From Chiloscyllium plagiosum (lineage: Eukaryota), in assembly GCF_004010195.1 (NCBI RefSeq), contig NC_057711.1, positions 75,781,579 through 75,845,578 on the forward strand: 64,000 nt of DNA. Direction: 5' to 3'. Both the position numbers and the translations under genes were made by a program. Below, piece after piece: positions 26,695 through 40,200 of the stretch (position 1 is its first letter; each line of letters opens with the position of its first letter). The notes beneath the pieces were generated by a model. The model saw nothing but the letters and a program-made list of their open reading frames with translations, had not been told where the DNA came from and made no database searches.

Positions 26695-27070
26695 AGTGTC
26701 AGTTGTGGTTCAGTTGGTGGCTATCTTGTCTCTGATTCAAGTCATGTTCCTGTTTCAAGTCCCATTCCAAGGCTTAAGCATAAAAAAAAATCAATGCTCA
26801 CATTCCAGTGCAGTATTGTGCAAATGCTGTACTGTTAGGGAAGTGTCTTTCAGATGAGACTTTAAATGAAGGTCACATCTTGCTAGGATGGATGTAAAAG
26901 ATCGCATGGCACGATTGTGATGAGGTGGGGAATTACCCTTGGTGTCCTGGCTAACATTTAGCCCTCAACCAACATCACGTTTACAGCATGACAACAGTGA
27001 TTACTTTTCAAAAGCAAAGGTACTACATTGACTATGGAGCACTGTGTGATAGCTGGTGGTCCCAAGAGCA
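26695..27070 (+). mobile_element. Deu-domain SINE (SacSINE1/AmnSINE-like)
   Basis: tRNA-like head then CTTTCAGATGAGAC.TTAAA...GGATGTAAAAGATC.CATGGCAC...GGTGTCCTGGCTAACATTT, recognised as the Deu core. Confidence 0.7.
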
Positions 27071-27529
27071 GTAGGGATCATGTCCTCTTGACCGAAATTG
27101 GTGAGTGGCAAGAAAAGCCTCTTGATTCAGCAACCGCAGTAACACATGTTTGAGGAGATAATAGAATGCCAAAATACAGTTCTTCCAGTAGCCTCTTCAT
27201 ATACAGTTCTTCCATATATTACAATTCCACAACATTACATTGTTTTAACTATAATACTCAAAGGTTTGAGGGACCTTTGTTCTGGGGAGACAAGAGATGG
27301 GTTAAACAACTGTTAAATGATGGCTGTTAGTTCTGATAGGATTAAGAGTGTCTGTTAAGAGGTGTTATTCCTTTTGTCTTTTAAGTTACTAAACATGAGT
27401 AAAATTACTAGTCCGAAATGCTCTAAATAAGTTAGAAATTATACCTGTACTTAATAAAAAGGATATTAAATTGATTACTGCAGTTGGGTTGTGAGATTTG
27501 TTTACTATTTGCTGGGTGAGTTTCATTTA

Positions 27530-30500
27530 TTCATAGAGTTAGGGAGGAATTTAAAAAGGAGATCGTCAAGAATAGTAATGTCTGGATTACTCCCACTGCT
27601 ACAAGCTAGTGTGAATAGGAATAGGATAGAGCAGATGAATGCATGGCTGAGGAGCTGGTGTACAGGAGAAGGATTCGCATTTTCGGATCAATGGAATCTC
27701 GTCTGTGGTAGAGGTGACCTGTATAAGAAGGATGGATTGCATCTGAATTGGAAGGGGACTAATATACTGGCAGGGCGATTTGCTTAAACTGCTTGGGAGG
27801 ATTTAAACTAGTAAAGGGTAGGTGGGGGCGGAGTGGCAGGGTGATAGTGAGGAAACAGATCAACCTGAGACTGGTACAGTTGAGAAAAGAAGTGAGTCAA
27901 ACAGTCAGGGCAGGCAGGGACAAAGCAGAGAACAAGGTAGGACTGATAAATTACATTTATTTCAATGCAAGAGGCTGAACAGGGAATGCAAATGAACTCA
28001 GGGCATGGTTGGGAACATGGGACTGGCATATCATAGCAATTACAGATCTGTGGTTCAAGGATGGACAGGACTGGTAGCTTAATGTTCCAGGATACAAATG
28101 CTACAGGAAGGACAGAGAGAGAAGCAAGAGGGGAGGGGGAGTGGTGTTTTTGATAAGAGATAGCATTAGAGCTGTACTGAGGGAGGATATTCCCGGAAAT
28201 ACATCCAGGTAAGTTATTTCGGTGGAACTGAGAAATAAGAAAGGGATGATCACCTTATTGGGATTGTATTATAGAACCCCTAATAGTCAGCAGGAAATTG
28301 AGAAACAAATTTGGAAGGAGATCTCAGCTATCTGTAAGAAAGCAAGGTGGTTTTGGTAGGGGATTTTAACTTTGCAAACATAAACTGGGACTGCATAGTG
28401 CTAAGTGTTTAGATGGAGAGAAATTTGTTAAGCATGTACAAGAAAATTTTCTGATTCAGTATGAGGATGTGCCTACTAGAGAAGATGCAAAACTTGACCT
28501 ACTTTTGGGAAATAAGGCAGGGCAGGTGACTGACGTGTCAGTGGGGGAGCACTTTGGGGCCAGCGACCCTAATTCTATTAGTTTTAAAATAGCATGGAAA
28601 AGGATAGACCAGATCTAAAAGTTGAAGTTCTAAATTGGAGAAAGGCCAATTTTGACAGTAATAGGAAGAACTTTCAAAAGCTGATTGGGGGCAGATGTTC
28701 GCAGGTAAAGGGACAGCTGGAAAATTGGAAGCCTTCAGAATTGAGATAATGAGAATCCAGAGAAAGTATATTCCTGTTAGGGTGAAAGGAAAAGCTGGTA
28801 GGTATAAGGAATGCTGGATGGCTGAAGAAATTGAGGGTTTGGTTAAGAAAAAGGAAGCATATGTCAGGATCGATTGAGTGAATCCTTAGAAGAGTATAAA
28901 GGCAGTAGGAGTGTACTTAAGAGGGAAATCAGGAGGGCAAAAAGAGGGTATGAGATAGCTTTGGCAAATGCAGTTAAGGAGAATCCAAAGGTTTTGACAA
29001 ATACATTAAGGATAAAAGGGTAACTAGGGAGAGAATAGGGCCCCTCAAATATCAGCAAGGTAGCCTTTGTGTGGAGTCGGAGATGGGAGAGATACTAAAC
29101 AAGTACTTTTCATCAGTGTTTACTGTGGAAAAAGACATGGAAGATATAGAATGGAGGGAAATAGATGGTGACATCTTGAAAAATGTCCAGGTTACAAAGG
29201 AGAAAGTGCTGGATGTCTTAAAATGCATAAAAGTGGATAAATCCTCAGGCCTGATCAGGTGTACCCTACAACTCTGTGGGAAGCTAGAGAAGTGATTGCT
29301 GGGCCTCTTGCTGAAATATTTGTATCATCGATAGGCACAAGCGAGGTGCTGGAAGACTGGAGGTTGGCTAACATGGTGCCACTATTTAAGAAGGGTGGTA
29401 AGGACAAGCCAAGGAACGACAGACCAGTGAGCCTGATGTCGGTGGCAGGCAAACTGTTGGAGGGAATCCTGAGGGACAGGATGTACATGTATTTGGAAAG
29501 GCAAGGACTGATAGGGATGGTCAACATGACTTTATGCGTGGGAAATCATGTCTCACAAACTTGATTCAGTTTTTTGAAGAAGTAACAAAGAAGATTAATG
29601 AGGGCAGAGCGGAATATGTAATCTATATGGCTTCAGTCAGGCTTTCGACAAGGTTCCCCATGAGAGACGGGTTAGCAAGGTTAGATCTTACCAAATACAG
29701 GGAGAAGTAGCCATTTGGATACAGAACTGGCTCAAAGGTAGAAGACAGAGGGTGGTGGTGGAGGGTTGTTTTTCAAACTGGAGGCCTGTGACCAGTGGAG
29801 TGCCACAAGGATCGGTGTTGGGGCCACTACTTTTCGTCATTTATATAAATGATTTGGGTGTGACCATAAGAGGTAAAGTTAGTAAGTTTGCAGATGACAC
29901 CAAAATTGGAGGTATACTGGTCAGCGAAGAAAGTTACCTCCGATTACAACAGGATCTTGATCAGATGGCCCAATGGCTGAGAAATGGCAGATGGAGTTTA
30001 ATTCAGATAAATGCGAGGTACTGCATTTTGGGAAAGCAAATCTTAGCAGGACTTATACACTTAATGGTAAGGTACTAGGGGGTGTTGCTGAACAAACAGA
30101 CCTCGGAGTGCAGGTTCATAACTCCTTGAAAGTGGAGTCGCAGGTAGGTAGGATTGTGAAGGCGGCATTTGGTATGCTTTCCTTTATCAGTCAGAGTACT
30201 GAGTACAGGAGTTGGGAGGTCACGTTGTGGCTGTACAGGACATTGATTAGGCCACTTTGGAATATGGTGTGCAATTCTGGTCTCCTTCCTATCGGAAAGA
30301 CGATGTGAAACTTGAAAGGGGTTAAAAATGATTTACAAGGATGTTGCCAGGTTTGGAGGATTTGAGCTACAGGGAGAGGCTGAACAGTCTGGGGCCGTTT
30401 TCATTGGAGCGTTGGAGGCTGAGGAGTGACTTATGGAGGTTTACAAAATTATGAGGGGCATGGATAGGATAAATAGACAAAGTCTTTTCTCTGGGGTGGG

Positions 30501-30808
30501 GGAGTCCAGAACTAGAGGGCATAGGTATAGGGTGAGAGGGGAAAGATATAAAAGAGACCTAAGAGGCAACCTTTTCATGCAGAGGGTAGTACATGTATGG
30601 AATGAGCTGCCAGAGCAAGTGGTGGAGACTAGTACAATTGCAACATTCAAAAATCATTTGGATGGGTATACGAATAGGAAGGGTTTAGAAGGATATGGGC
30701 CTAGTGCTGGCAAGTGCGACTAGATTGGGTTGGGATATGTGGTCGGCATGGATGGCTTGGACCGAAGAGTCTGTTTCTGTGCCATACATCTCTATAACTA
30801 TGACTCTA
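27530..30808 (+). mobile_element. Near full-length CR1 LINE: ORF1 esterase (SGNH-like) C-terminus, APE endonuclease, RT, 3' tail; inactivated
   Basis: SGLLP...MNAWLRSWC..EGF...KKDGLHLNWKG (ORF1); YFNARG, VGDFNF (APE); GVPQGSVLGP, KFADDTK (RT); many frameshifts. Confidence 0.95.
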
Positions 30809-30810
30809 AG

Positions 30811-32315
30811 CTTGGGGAGTGATTGCTGGGCCTCTTGTTGAGGTACCTGTATCATCAATAGACACAGGTGAGGTGCTGGAAAACTGGAGGTTGGTTAATG
30901 TTGTGAAACTATTTGAGAAAGGTGGTAAAGATAAGCTAGGGAAGTACAGACCGGTGAGCCTGACATCGGTGGTAGGCAAGTTGTTGGAGAGACTCCTGAG
31001 GGAGAGGATTTATATATATTTGGAAAGGCAAGGACTGATTAGGGATAATCAAGATGGCTCTGTGTGTGGACAATCATGTCTCATAAACTTGATTGAGTGT
31101 ATTGAAGAAGTAACAAAGAGGATTGATGAGGGCAGAGTGGTAGATTTGATCTTCAGTAAGGCGTTCAACAAGGTGCCCCATGGGAGACTGGTTAGCAAGG
31201 GTGGATCTCATGGAATACAGGGAGAAGTAGCCACTTTGATACCGAACTGGCTCAAAGATAGAAGACAGAGGGTAGTGGTGGAGGGTTGTTTTTCAGACGA
31301 GTGGCCTGTGACCAGTGGTGTTCCACAAGGATCGGTGCTGGGTTCACTACATTTCGCCATTTACATAAATGATTTGGATGCAAGCATTAGAGGTAAAGTT
31401 AGTAAGTTTACAGATGACACTAAAATCGAAGGTATAGTGGACAGTGAAGAATTACCTCAGATTACAATGGGATCTTGATTAGATGGGCCAATAGGCTGAT
31501 GAGTGGCAGGTGGAGTTTAATTTAAATAAATGCGAGGTGCTATATTTTGGGAAAGCAAATCTTAGCAGGACGTATACACTTAATGGTAAGGTCCTAGGGA
31601 ATGTTGCTGAACAAAGAGACCTTGGAGTGCAGGTTCTTAATTCCTTAAAAGTGGAGTCACAGGTAGATAGGATAGTGAAGAACGTGTTTGGTATGCTTTT
31701 CTTTATGGGTCAGAGCATTGAGTATAGGAGTTGGGAGATCATGGTGCGGCTGTACAGACATTGGTTAGGCCACTTTTGGAATATTGCGGGCAATTCTGGT
31801 CTCCTTCTGTCAGAAAGATGTTGTGAAACTTAAAAGGGTTCAGAAAAGAGTTACAAGGATGTTGCCAGGGTTGGCGGATTTGAGCTATCGAGAGAGGTTG
31901 TATAGGCTGGGGCTGTTTTCCCTGGAGGGTTGAAGGCTGAGGGGTGACCTTGTAGAGGTTTATAAAATTATAAGAAGCATGGACAGGATAAACAGACAAA
32001 GTATTTTCCCTGGGGTTGGGGAGTCCAAAACTAGAGGGCATAGGTTTAGGGTGAGAGGGGAAAGATATAAAAGAGACTTAAGGGGCAGCTTTTTCATGCA
32101 GAGGATGGCGCGTATGGGGAATGGGCTGCCAGAAGAAGTGGAAGAGGCTGATACTATTGCAACATTTAAAAGGCATCTGGATGGGTACATGATTAGGAAG
32201 GGTTTAGAGGGCCGGGTGCTGGCAGGTGGGATTAGATTGGCTTCAGATATCTGGTCGGCACGGATGAGTTGGACCGACGGGTATGTTCCCGTGTTGTACA
32301 TCTCTATGACTGTGC
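30811..32315 (+). mobile_element. Second CR1 copy, 5' truncated, head-to-tail after the first
   Basis: YRPVSLTSVVGKLLE, GVPQGSVLG, KFTDDTK; own 3' tail. Confidence 0.93.
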
Positions 32316-33835
32316 AATTTCACTTAAGCGCTGTTTTGACAGTTTTTGAAAGAGATAACAGCCCAGTTTAAAGATATTTAACAAGTACACACTAACTGCC
32401 GATAATGTTTGGCGTTCTGTAATCTATGCACGTCCGAGACACGATTGGTAAGAGCTGATTAATATTATAATCTTTCCATAGTTTTGGGTAGGTCATGGAG
32501 ACATGATGGCGGGGATAGTATTGTTCTGAATGGGTTAGTAGTCTTTGATATTTATTGAGAGGTAGTTTTTGATGTAAATAGGTCTGATAAGGGTTGATGG
32601 AGCAGTCGTGGGTTTCAAAGTATTGCTTTAATTTTAGTCTATCTTGTAAGAGTAAAAGTGGTTTTATGAATGAATGAAGTAGTGTTTACAGTAGGAAGTT
32701 ATGAATGAATGAAACGGGAAGATGGTGTTTGCTTGTGAGAGGGTTAGTAAAGGAGTTACGCATGAGTAAATACAAACAGCTTGTGTGAGAGTTAGTGAAG
32801 AGACTTATAATACAATATCTTACAATGCATATACACATTCAAGTATGTCTTTCTTCTAACTTTTAACAATTCAGGGAAATTGTTCCTGACTCCTACTTTT
32901 ATTTGGTCCCATCTAAACAGCTTTCAATTCAATTAGATACCTTCCCGTTAATTCCAAGACCTAGAATATTTTTTTGGATGGACAGTGCTGGGTGTCATAC
33001 AATGAAGCTCTATACTATACCTGACAATGATGCTACATGCATCCAGGTGAAACTTCGGTGTTGCTAGGTCCTCACCTACTGTATGCCCAAATTCAATTTC
33101 GGCGTAAAGCCGTAGAATACAATCAGAAGTGGGAACTCTGGCCAATTTTTCAACTTGCCACCCAGTGACACGAAGGCTAACTTCCACATTTAGAATGCTG
33201 TCCCAACTGACATTAACTACGTCAGCAGAGGTTTGAAGTGGCTCAGTATTATGTTACTGTCAATATTACTATAATAATATTGACTGAGGATCATGATTTA
33301 TTAAAATTCTCCAACAACCATCAACATTTCTGAATAAATAAATACTAACTGCACTGTATTTGACTGAAGACAAATTTTAGGGTTCAGATGACACCAGTTA
33401 AATATCTGACCTGCAGGCATTCCTAGGTATCCATTTTTCTTCATTTAACAAACTGTAAATGTCAGTTTTTACCGTTTTAATACTGTAAAAAGGTAAAGTT
33501 GCCAGAGTATCAGAGCACCATAAGACTGCTCCCTCATTAGAGAGAGACGATTGATTCAAATTTAACCCGAGGGTCACCATGCTTCAAGTGAGGAGCACAT
33601 TCATGATAACCTCAGCTGGTGCAGGAATTTTAATATTGCATAATTATCCAAACAAGGACAGAGGAAGAAAAAACAAAAGATTGGATTTATTACATTAAAT
33701 CAAAGTGTAAAAGCAATACAACCGTATTATGTGAATTTACTCAGATGTAGAACTGCCACCAGATATTGGTGTGATTACAAAACACATGCTATCCCAAGTA
33801 GCGTTTGAGCCAATGCATACAACTATTTTGCTTAC

Positions 33836-34040
33836 CTCCATATCAATGACTCCATATTCCTTATTTTCAAACATATGATTACAGTTGTTGATAATTGCTT
33901 TCAGAATCTCATAGTTATGTTCAATACACTGTCTTAATCTTTTCACGTGAGGAAGGAAATTCGGAAGCAGCTTTTGATGAGCAGCTGGGAGAGACTGGAA
34001 TTGCTTTTCAGATCGAGTTACCCTCTCGTGAGCATAAATC
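33836..34040 (-). CDS. CARNMT1: CARNMT1 coding exon 2 ([28 protein letters not shown]...[14 protein letters not shown])
   Basis: CAG acceptor, GTAAG donor, 205 nt, phase 2 to 0; translation matches HERV.R.E.QF.SLP...HMFENKEYG. Confidence 0.95.
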
Positions 34041-36419
34041 CTGGAAAGTGAAGTTGCATTGAAAAATGAGCAGAAAACGTTGTGAACATTGTACCAAATT
34101 TCACAAGCATTCTGGCTAAACCTACAAATGTTCGTCCTGTAGACTTACACTTTTACAGTACAGTAGGCGCTCATTTGGTCCATAGCGTCTGTGCTGGTCA
34201 AAAAAGATAATCTAGTTTTTGGGTCACAGTCCCAAAAGCTACGGCAATACACATGAATATCTAAATTTTGTGTAATCCTTGAAGTTCTTGATTACATTCT
34301 CTACATTTAAGTCCAAATCATTAATGCACACTATAAACAGCAAGAGTCTGAGCATCAAACCCTGTAGAAACTCAATGGAAACAGACTTCCAATCATGGAA
34401 TCACCCTCTACTTCTTCCCTCAACCAATTTTGGATCCAATATGCCACTTCATCTTGGATCCACTGGGGTCTTAATTAACCAGTATGCCATGATGAACCTT
34501 ACTAAAGGCCATGTAAACCACATCAGATGCATCACGCTCCTGGTTACCTTTTTCCTTCACAAATCACTGCCATCTTAAACGTTTGTAAACCTTGCAATCC
34601 ATTAATTATCTACAAACTTGTATTTACAGCAAACATATTACACTGATATTGATGCTAACCATCTTCACTAAAACATAAATATGAAACTACCAATTTAAGC
34701 TTGCAGTATATTCTTAAATACAGTTATCCAAATTTAATAATTCTGGTACATCAAACAACTGTAATTTGTCAGAAAGGTGACCACAGAAATTATGTCAAAT
34801 GTTAGTATCTGGACACAACAAAACACTATCCAAGACTGTAACAAATTCCAAACTAATGTCTATTAACGTACCACATTTATAAATTCTATGAAGCAATAAA
34901 GAATAGTGCCTATTTTTCAAATATTGAATAATGAACAATACTTGAGTAGAAGATAGTCGGCAATAAAATATAAGGCACACGACAACATGAACACATATCT
35001 ACTGCCTTCAAATAAGCCAAAACTGTAAACAACTTTTACTTTACTTTAAACCACTATTATGCTTAATAATTTTAAAGAATATGGCTTCTAAAAAAAAACT
35101 TTATATTTTAAAGTAATAAAAAATAGCCTTGTCCTTTGCTTTTAATGCATTTAGAATTGGCCTCAAGGGAATGGAATGCCACAACTGCATGTAGATGCTT
35201 TACTGAGAATTAAAACCTATCTCTGTCACAGAACCAGAGAAGCGTGAATCAAATTACTGGGATGCCATTTCATTTGATCATTTATTTTTAACTGGGTACT
35301 GTGTCAATTGTGCCTCATGGGTAGCACACTCGTCTTTAATTCACAAGAATGTAAACTGGAGAAGACTATATGGCCCATTGAGTCAGTTTGACTATTCAAT
35401 ATGGTTTATCTTCAATTTCAAGTTGATTTCCTTTACTTGCATCCCTTGATTCTCCTAGATCAACCATCAACTCCTGTCCACACTGCAAAAAAAAGTGTAT
35501 CTCAGCATTAAATATATACAATGTAAAAATATTCACAATGCTATGGGGCAGGGCGGGGAATTTCAGAGACTCCCAGAAAAATGAAAAACAATTCTCATCT
35601 CAGTCCTAAATGGTCGAACCCATATTCTCAATTTCCCAATCATGGCATCTCCCAGTATTTACCCTAACTAGCCCATAAGATTGTAAGTTCAAGTCCTAGT
35701 CTATATTTATGAATCCACAATCGGAATAGACACTCTACTACAGTACTGAGGAAGTGCTATCGAGATAATGTGAACTGAAAGCTCTGCTGGCTTTCACACG
35801 AACATAGAAAAGATCTCATGGTACTACTTGGTACTACTCTGAAACCTCACTGGCATCACTGAAACAAATCATCTGATTGTTATGATGTTGCTTTTTTTAG
35901 GATCCTGTGCACAAACGGGTTGTGTTTCTTACATAATAACACCAATTACACTTCATAAGTACTTTCACAGCCTGTAAACACAGGCATGATACAAATATCT
36001 GTCCTTTATGCCAATTAATTAACGGTTTTAATATTTGGCTGCTGCCAGAATTTATCATTTAATGATAAAATTATTGAAATAAACATCGCAATAAATCAAC
36101 TTATAATAACCCTGTGCAAAAAGTTCTTCTACTGGCTTTCAGTAGAACCAAGGAGATTAAACAGATTAACAATGCGAAAAATGTAATACACAAATAAACG
36201 ATCAAAGTAACTCAAGAACAAAATTACAAGTTATAGATAACATTCAAAATTATGAATTCACAGCTAAAGCTGTATTAAAGATATGACCCATTTGTTTGCT
36301 TCAGTTTGATTGTGGTTGAACACAGTTCTCATTTACAGATCTGACGAGCATTTCCAAAACCTAAAATGTGTTGCCGTGACCAAAAATATATATCACTTGA
36401 TTTACTGGTTAATCTAACA

Positions 36420-36598
36420 ACTACAGCAAATGCTGGAGATCAGAGTCGAGTGTGTGGTGCTGGAAAAGCACAACAGGTCAGGCAGCATCCAAGGAGCAGG
36501 AAAATCGACATTTCACGCATAAGCCCTTCATTCCTGATGAATGGTTTATGCCCGAAACATCGATCCTCCTGCACCTCCAATGCTTTTCCAGCACCACA
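36420..36598. mobile_element. Palindromic PLE-terminal-repeat/hammerhead element, more diverged
   Basis: TGTGGTGCTGGAAAAGCA ... TGCTTTTCCAGCACCACA arms; CTGATGA at 36534, GAAACATC at 36554. Confidence 0.8.
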
Positions 36599-36834
36599 AT
36601 CCAAAAACTATAGTTCAGATTTTTACAACATTTGTTAGTTTGCTAAATTTAGCTTTGCATTATTTGCGACAGCTTTTAATACTTTGAACAATTATATCAC
36701 AAAGGTATTGTAAAAATCCAGTGTACACACAAAACCACTCAGGGAACTGTTATTCCCTAAATTCCATTTCCAAAACTGACATTCTATGATTAAGTCAGTG
36801 GAAATTAGTGTCACAGTAGAACTGTACTAATATA

Positions 36835-37467
36835 TATAGAACATACAATATAGTTCAGAACAGGCCCTTCAGCCCTTGATGTTGTGCCAACTTGTGAACT
36901 CTTCTCAGCTCATCCCCCTACGCTATCCAAAATCATCCATGTGCTTATCTAAAGATTGTTTAAATCTCCCTAATGTGGCTGAGTTGACTACATTGGAAGG
37001 GAGGACATTCCACGCCCTTACCACCTTCTGCGTAAAGAACTTGCCTCTGATATCTGTCTTAAATCCATCACCTCTCAATTTGTAGTTTTGCCCCCTCGTA
37101 CACACTGATGTCATCATCCTCGGAAAAAGACTTTCCCTGTCTACCCTATCTAATCCTCTGATCATCTTGTATCTCTATCAAATCCTCTTAGCCTTCTTCT
37201 TGCCAATGAGAACAGGTTCCGGTCTCTCAGCCTTTTCTCATAAGACCTTCTCTCCAGACCAGGCAACATCCGAGTAAATCTCCTCTGCACCTTTTCCAAT
37301 CCTTCCCGAAATATGGGGACCAGAACTGTACACAATATTCCAAGTGTGGCCGCACCAGTGTTTTGTATAGTTGCAGCATGATATTGTGGCTGCGGAACTC
37401 AATCCCTCTACGAATGAAACCTAACACACCGTATGCCTTCTTAACATCATTATCCACCTGGGTGGCA
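36835..37467 (-). mobile_element. CR1 LINE 3' fragment (different subfamily)
   Basis: LYKTLVRPHLEYCVQFWSP; KFFTQKVVRAWNVLP. Confidence 0.9.
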
Positions 37468-38769
37468 TCAAAAAACTAGAAGGGTTAATCCAGCTTTAAT
37501 TATTAAAGTTTAAAATTTATTACATTTGTAAACATGTTAATACAATTATTTCATAAGTTATTAAACAGATTCTGGTGTATCCATTTTACAAAAAAGAAAT
37601 TTGCCCTGATTAGTTTCTATGCTAACATAATTATATGAGAGGTGTTCAATTCGTACGGCCCTTCGAGATTTCTCTATAACTTTTGAACAATTTATTGTGT
37701 ATTATTTAAATGCATGGGTGCAAAAGCTAGTTTGTTCACTCTCAGATCCTTAACTTCAAACACATGGCATCACCGTTTCTGTGATGAAAGAGAAGCAATA
37801 CACAGGGTGTATTTTGACATTCATTGCTATGAAGATGGACTTTATTAATTAATAACTTTCCATGGCTTTTCTTGATTTATTCTTTCTAAACTTAATATTT
37901 TACTAACTTATTGGGGGTATTCAAAATTCATTCATATCTTTATCTTTGCTTTCCTGCCCATTATTTCCATTACTTACTGCAGACAAAGCACATCGAGATG
38001 GCAATAACTGACTTGAATTTGGAAGGTAAAAGAAACATGCTATGCTCCACAGAAACAATGGAACCGTGGGCTAATTTTGTAACTTAATGCTGATTTGAAA
38101 AGTATTAACTAAAAGTCAGAAATTAATAATATATGTTGAATGAACAAATAGCAATGAAAATAACAGACTGGAAGCCAATGTCATTTCGAGCTGTGTTATT
38201 TATTTTCAATACACTATTACTATGCTTTCATTTTCTACAATGCTTAGGAAGTAAAATAAATTTGATTTTTGAAAAATAATTGAAAAATCAAAAGAAACAA
38301 GTGGAAATTATGCATTTATTTTTTAAAAAACCATAATCAATTGTAAAACATATGATGTTCTGAATATCCAGAGTTCCAGCATGGGTCACCTAGTTTAGAT
38401 TGGATGTGGAGTACTGACACTAATAATGGTAATAATTTTTAAAGAATTGCAATAACATAAATAGGAGCAGGATTAAACGACATGACTCCTCAAATCCACT
38501 CTAACATTCTTTAAGATCATGGCTGATTCTCAACTCTGACTCTCCGTTCCTGCTTGATCCCCATAGTCCTGACTCCCTTACAGTTCAAATCTCTATCAAT
38601 CTCTGCCTTCATTGTACTCAATGATTGAGTATCCACAGTTCAGGAGTGGAAAACACGGTCAAGAAATGTCTCAGTCCAAGCTTTAAATGGTCAACCCTTA
38701 CATAAAAATACAAGAACTCGGAGCCATACAATTCAGCCCAAGCTTACTCTGTCATTCAATGTAATCAAA

Positions 38770-39470
38770 GACCAAAAACTACAGAAAGCTGCAACACAAA
38801 GGGACTGAGGTCCTTGTGCACAAAACACAGAAAGCTAGCATACAGATAATCAGGAAGGTTAATGGATTGCTGGCCCTTAGATCGTGCGGGTTGGAGTATA
38901 AGAGTTGAGAAGTTATACTGCAATTGTACAAGATGCCAGCGAGACTAAATTTGGAGCACTGTGAGCAGTTTTGACCTCTTGTTTAAGGAAAGATATCATT
39001 TCATTTGAGGCAACTCAGAGAAGGTTTACCAGGATGATCCCGGGTAATGGTGGGACTGCCTTATAATCAAAGGCTAAACAGATTTGGACTCTACCCACTG
39101 GAGTTCAGAAAAACGAAAGCTGATCTCATTGAAACCTATAGGATTTTGAAGGGCCTTGACAGCCTAAATGCTGAGAGGATGTTTCCCCTTATGCGAGAGT
39201 CTTAGTCGGGAGGGCATAGTTTCAGAATAAAAGACTACCAATTCAAGACAGATGAGGAGGAATTTATTCTTTCAAGGGCGAGTGTCTTTGAAAATCCTTA
39301 CCACAGAGTTCTGGAGCACAACCCTGATATATATTTAAGGTTGAGATAGATAGACGAATTCTTCATCAGGGAAAAGACAGGAAAGTGAATGAAAAGAAAT
39401 GTCGATGATCGACTGAATGGCAAAGCAGGTTTGAACAGTCTACTCCTGTTTCTATTTCTTATGGTTGTAC
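38770..39470 (+). mobile_element. Older CR1 LINE 3' fragment
   Basis: TTGGAGCACTGTGAGCAGTTTTG (LE.C.QF), GATCTCATTGAAACCTATAGG (DLIETY), tail TTTCTTATG. Confidence 0.75.
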
Positions 39471-39479
39471 AGTTAATCA

Positions 39480-40200
39480 CATCTTTGCCTCAATTCCACT
39501 TTCCTGCCTGCTTTCCTTTCCTCTTTAACCAATTACAAATTAAAAGTTAGTCTATCTCCTTAAATTTACTCCATCTTGACATCCACACATTCTGGGTAGT
39601 GAATTCTACAGTTTGCTGACCATTTAAGAGAATTTCTCCTCCTCCGTTTTAAATCTGCTATCCCTTATAATAAAACTATGACCTCTTGTTCTAGATCATC
39701 CCACATCCTATGTTACTTTGTCAATCCTCTTTCGCATCTTATATACTTCAATTAGACCTCCTCTCATCCTCCTAAATGCTAGAGTACAGACTTAAACTGC
39801 TTAATAATTCTTCATAAGACAAACCTCTCACCTCCGTAACCAATCTTGTGAATCTCCTCTGAACTGTCTCCAACGCAACTACATTCCTCCAGTAAGGGGA
39901 GCAAAACTGCACAGAGCCCCTCTTGTGGCGCAGAGGTACAGTCCCTACCCCTGAACCAGGAGGCCTGGGTTCAAGTGTAATAACTTCTCTGAACAGGGTC
40001 ATTAGAAAAAACAAAAACTGTACATAATATTCCAGGCGTCTTACTAATACATTGCAGCAACTCTTCCCTCCTTTTATACTCAACTCCTTTCGCATAAATG
40101 CCAAAATTCCTTTCACCTTGTTACCAGCTGTACCCGTATGCTAGTTTTCTATGATTCATGTATGAGGATACTCAGATCCCTTTGCACTGAAGGACTGTGA
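39480..40200 (-). mobile_element. CR1 LINE fragment interrupted by a short tRNA-like SINE (39914-40013)
   Basis: ALETVQRRFTRLVTEVRGLSYEE on minus; insert has GGCGCAGAGG/GGTTCAAG boxes and is flanked by AAAACTG(C/T)ACA duplication. Confidence 0.75.

Noticed and set aside
32318..32805. Mitochondrial insertion (NUMT), suggested by the A/C-rich minus strand
   Set aside because: No mitochondrial protein, rRNA or tRNA motif recognised; retained only as an unidentified insert
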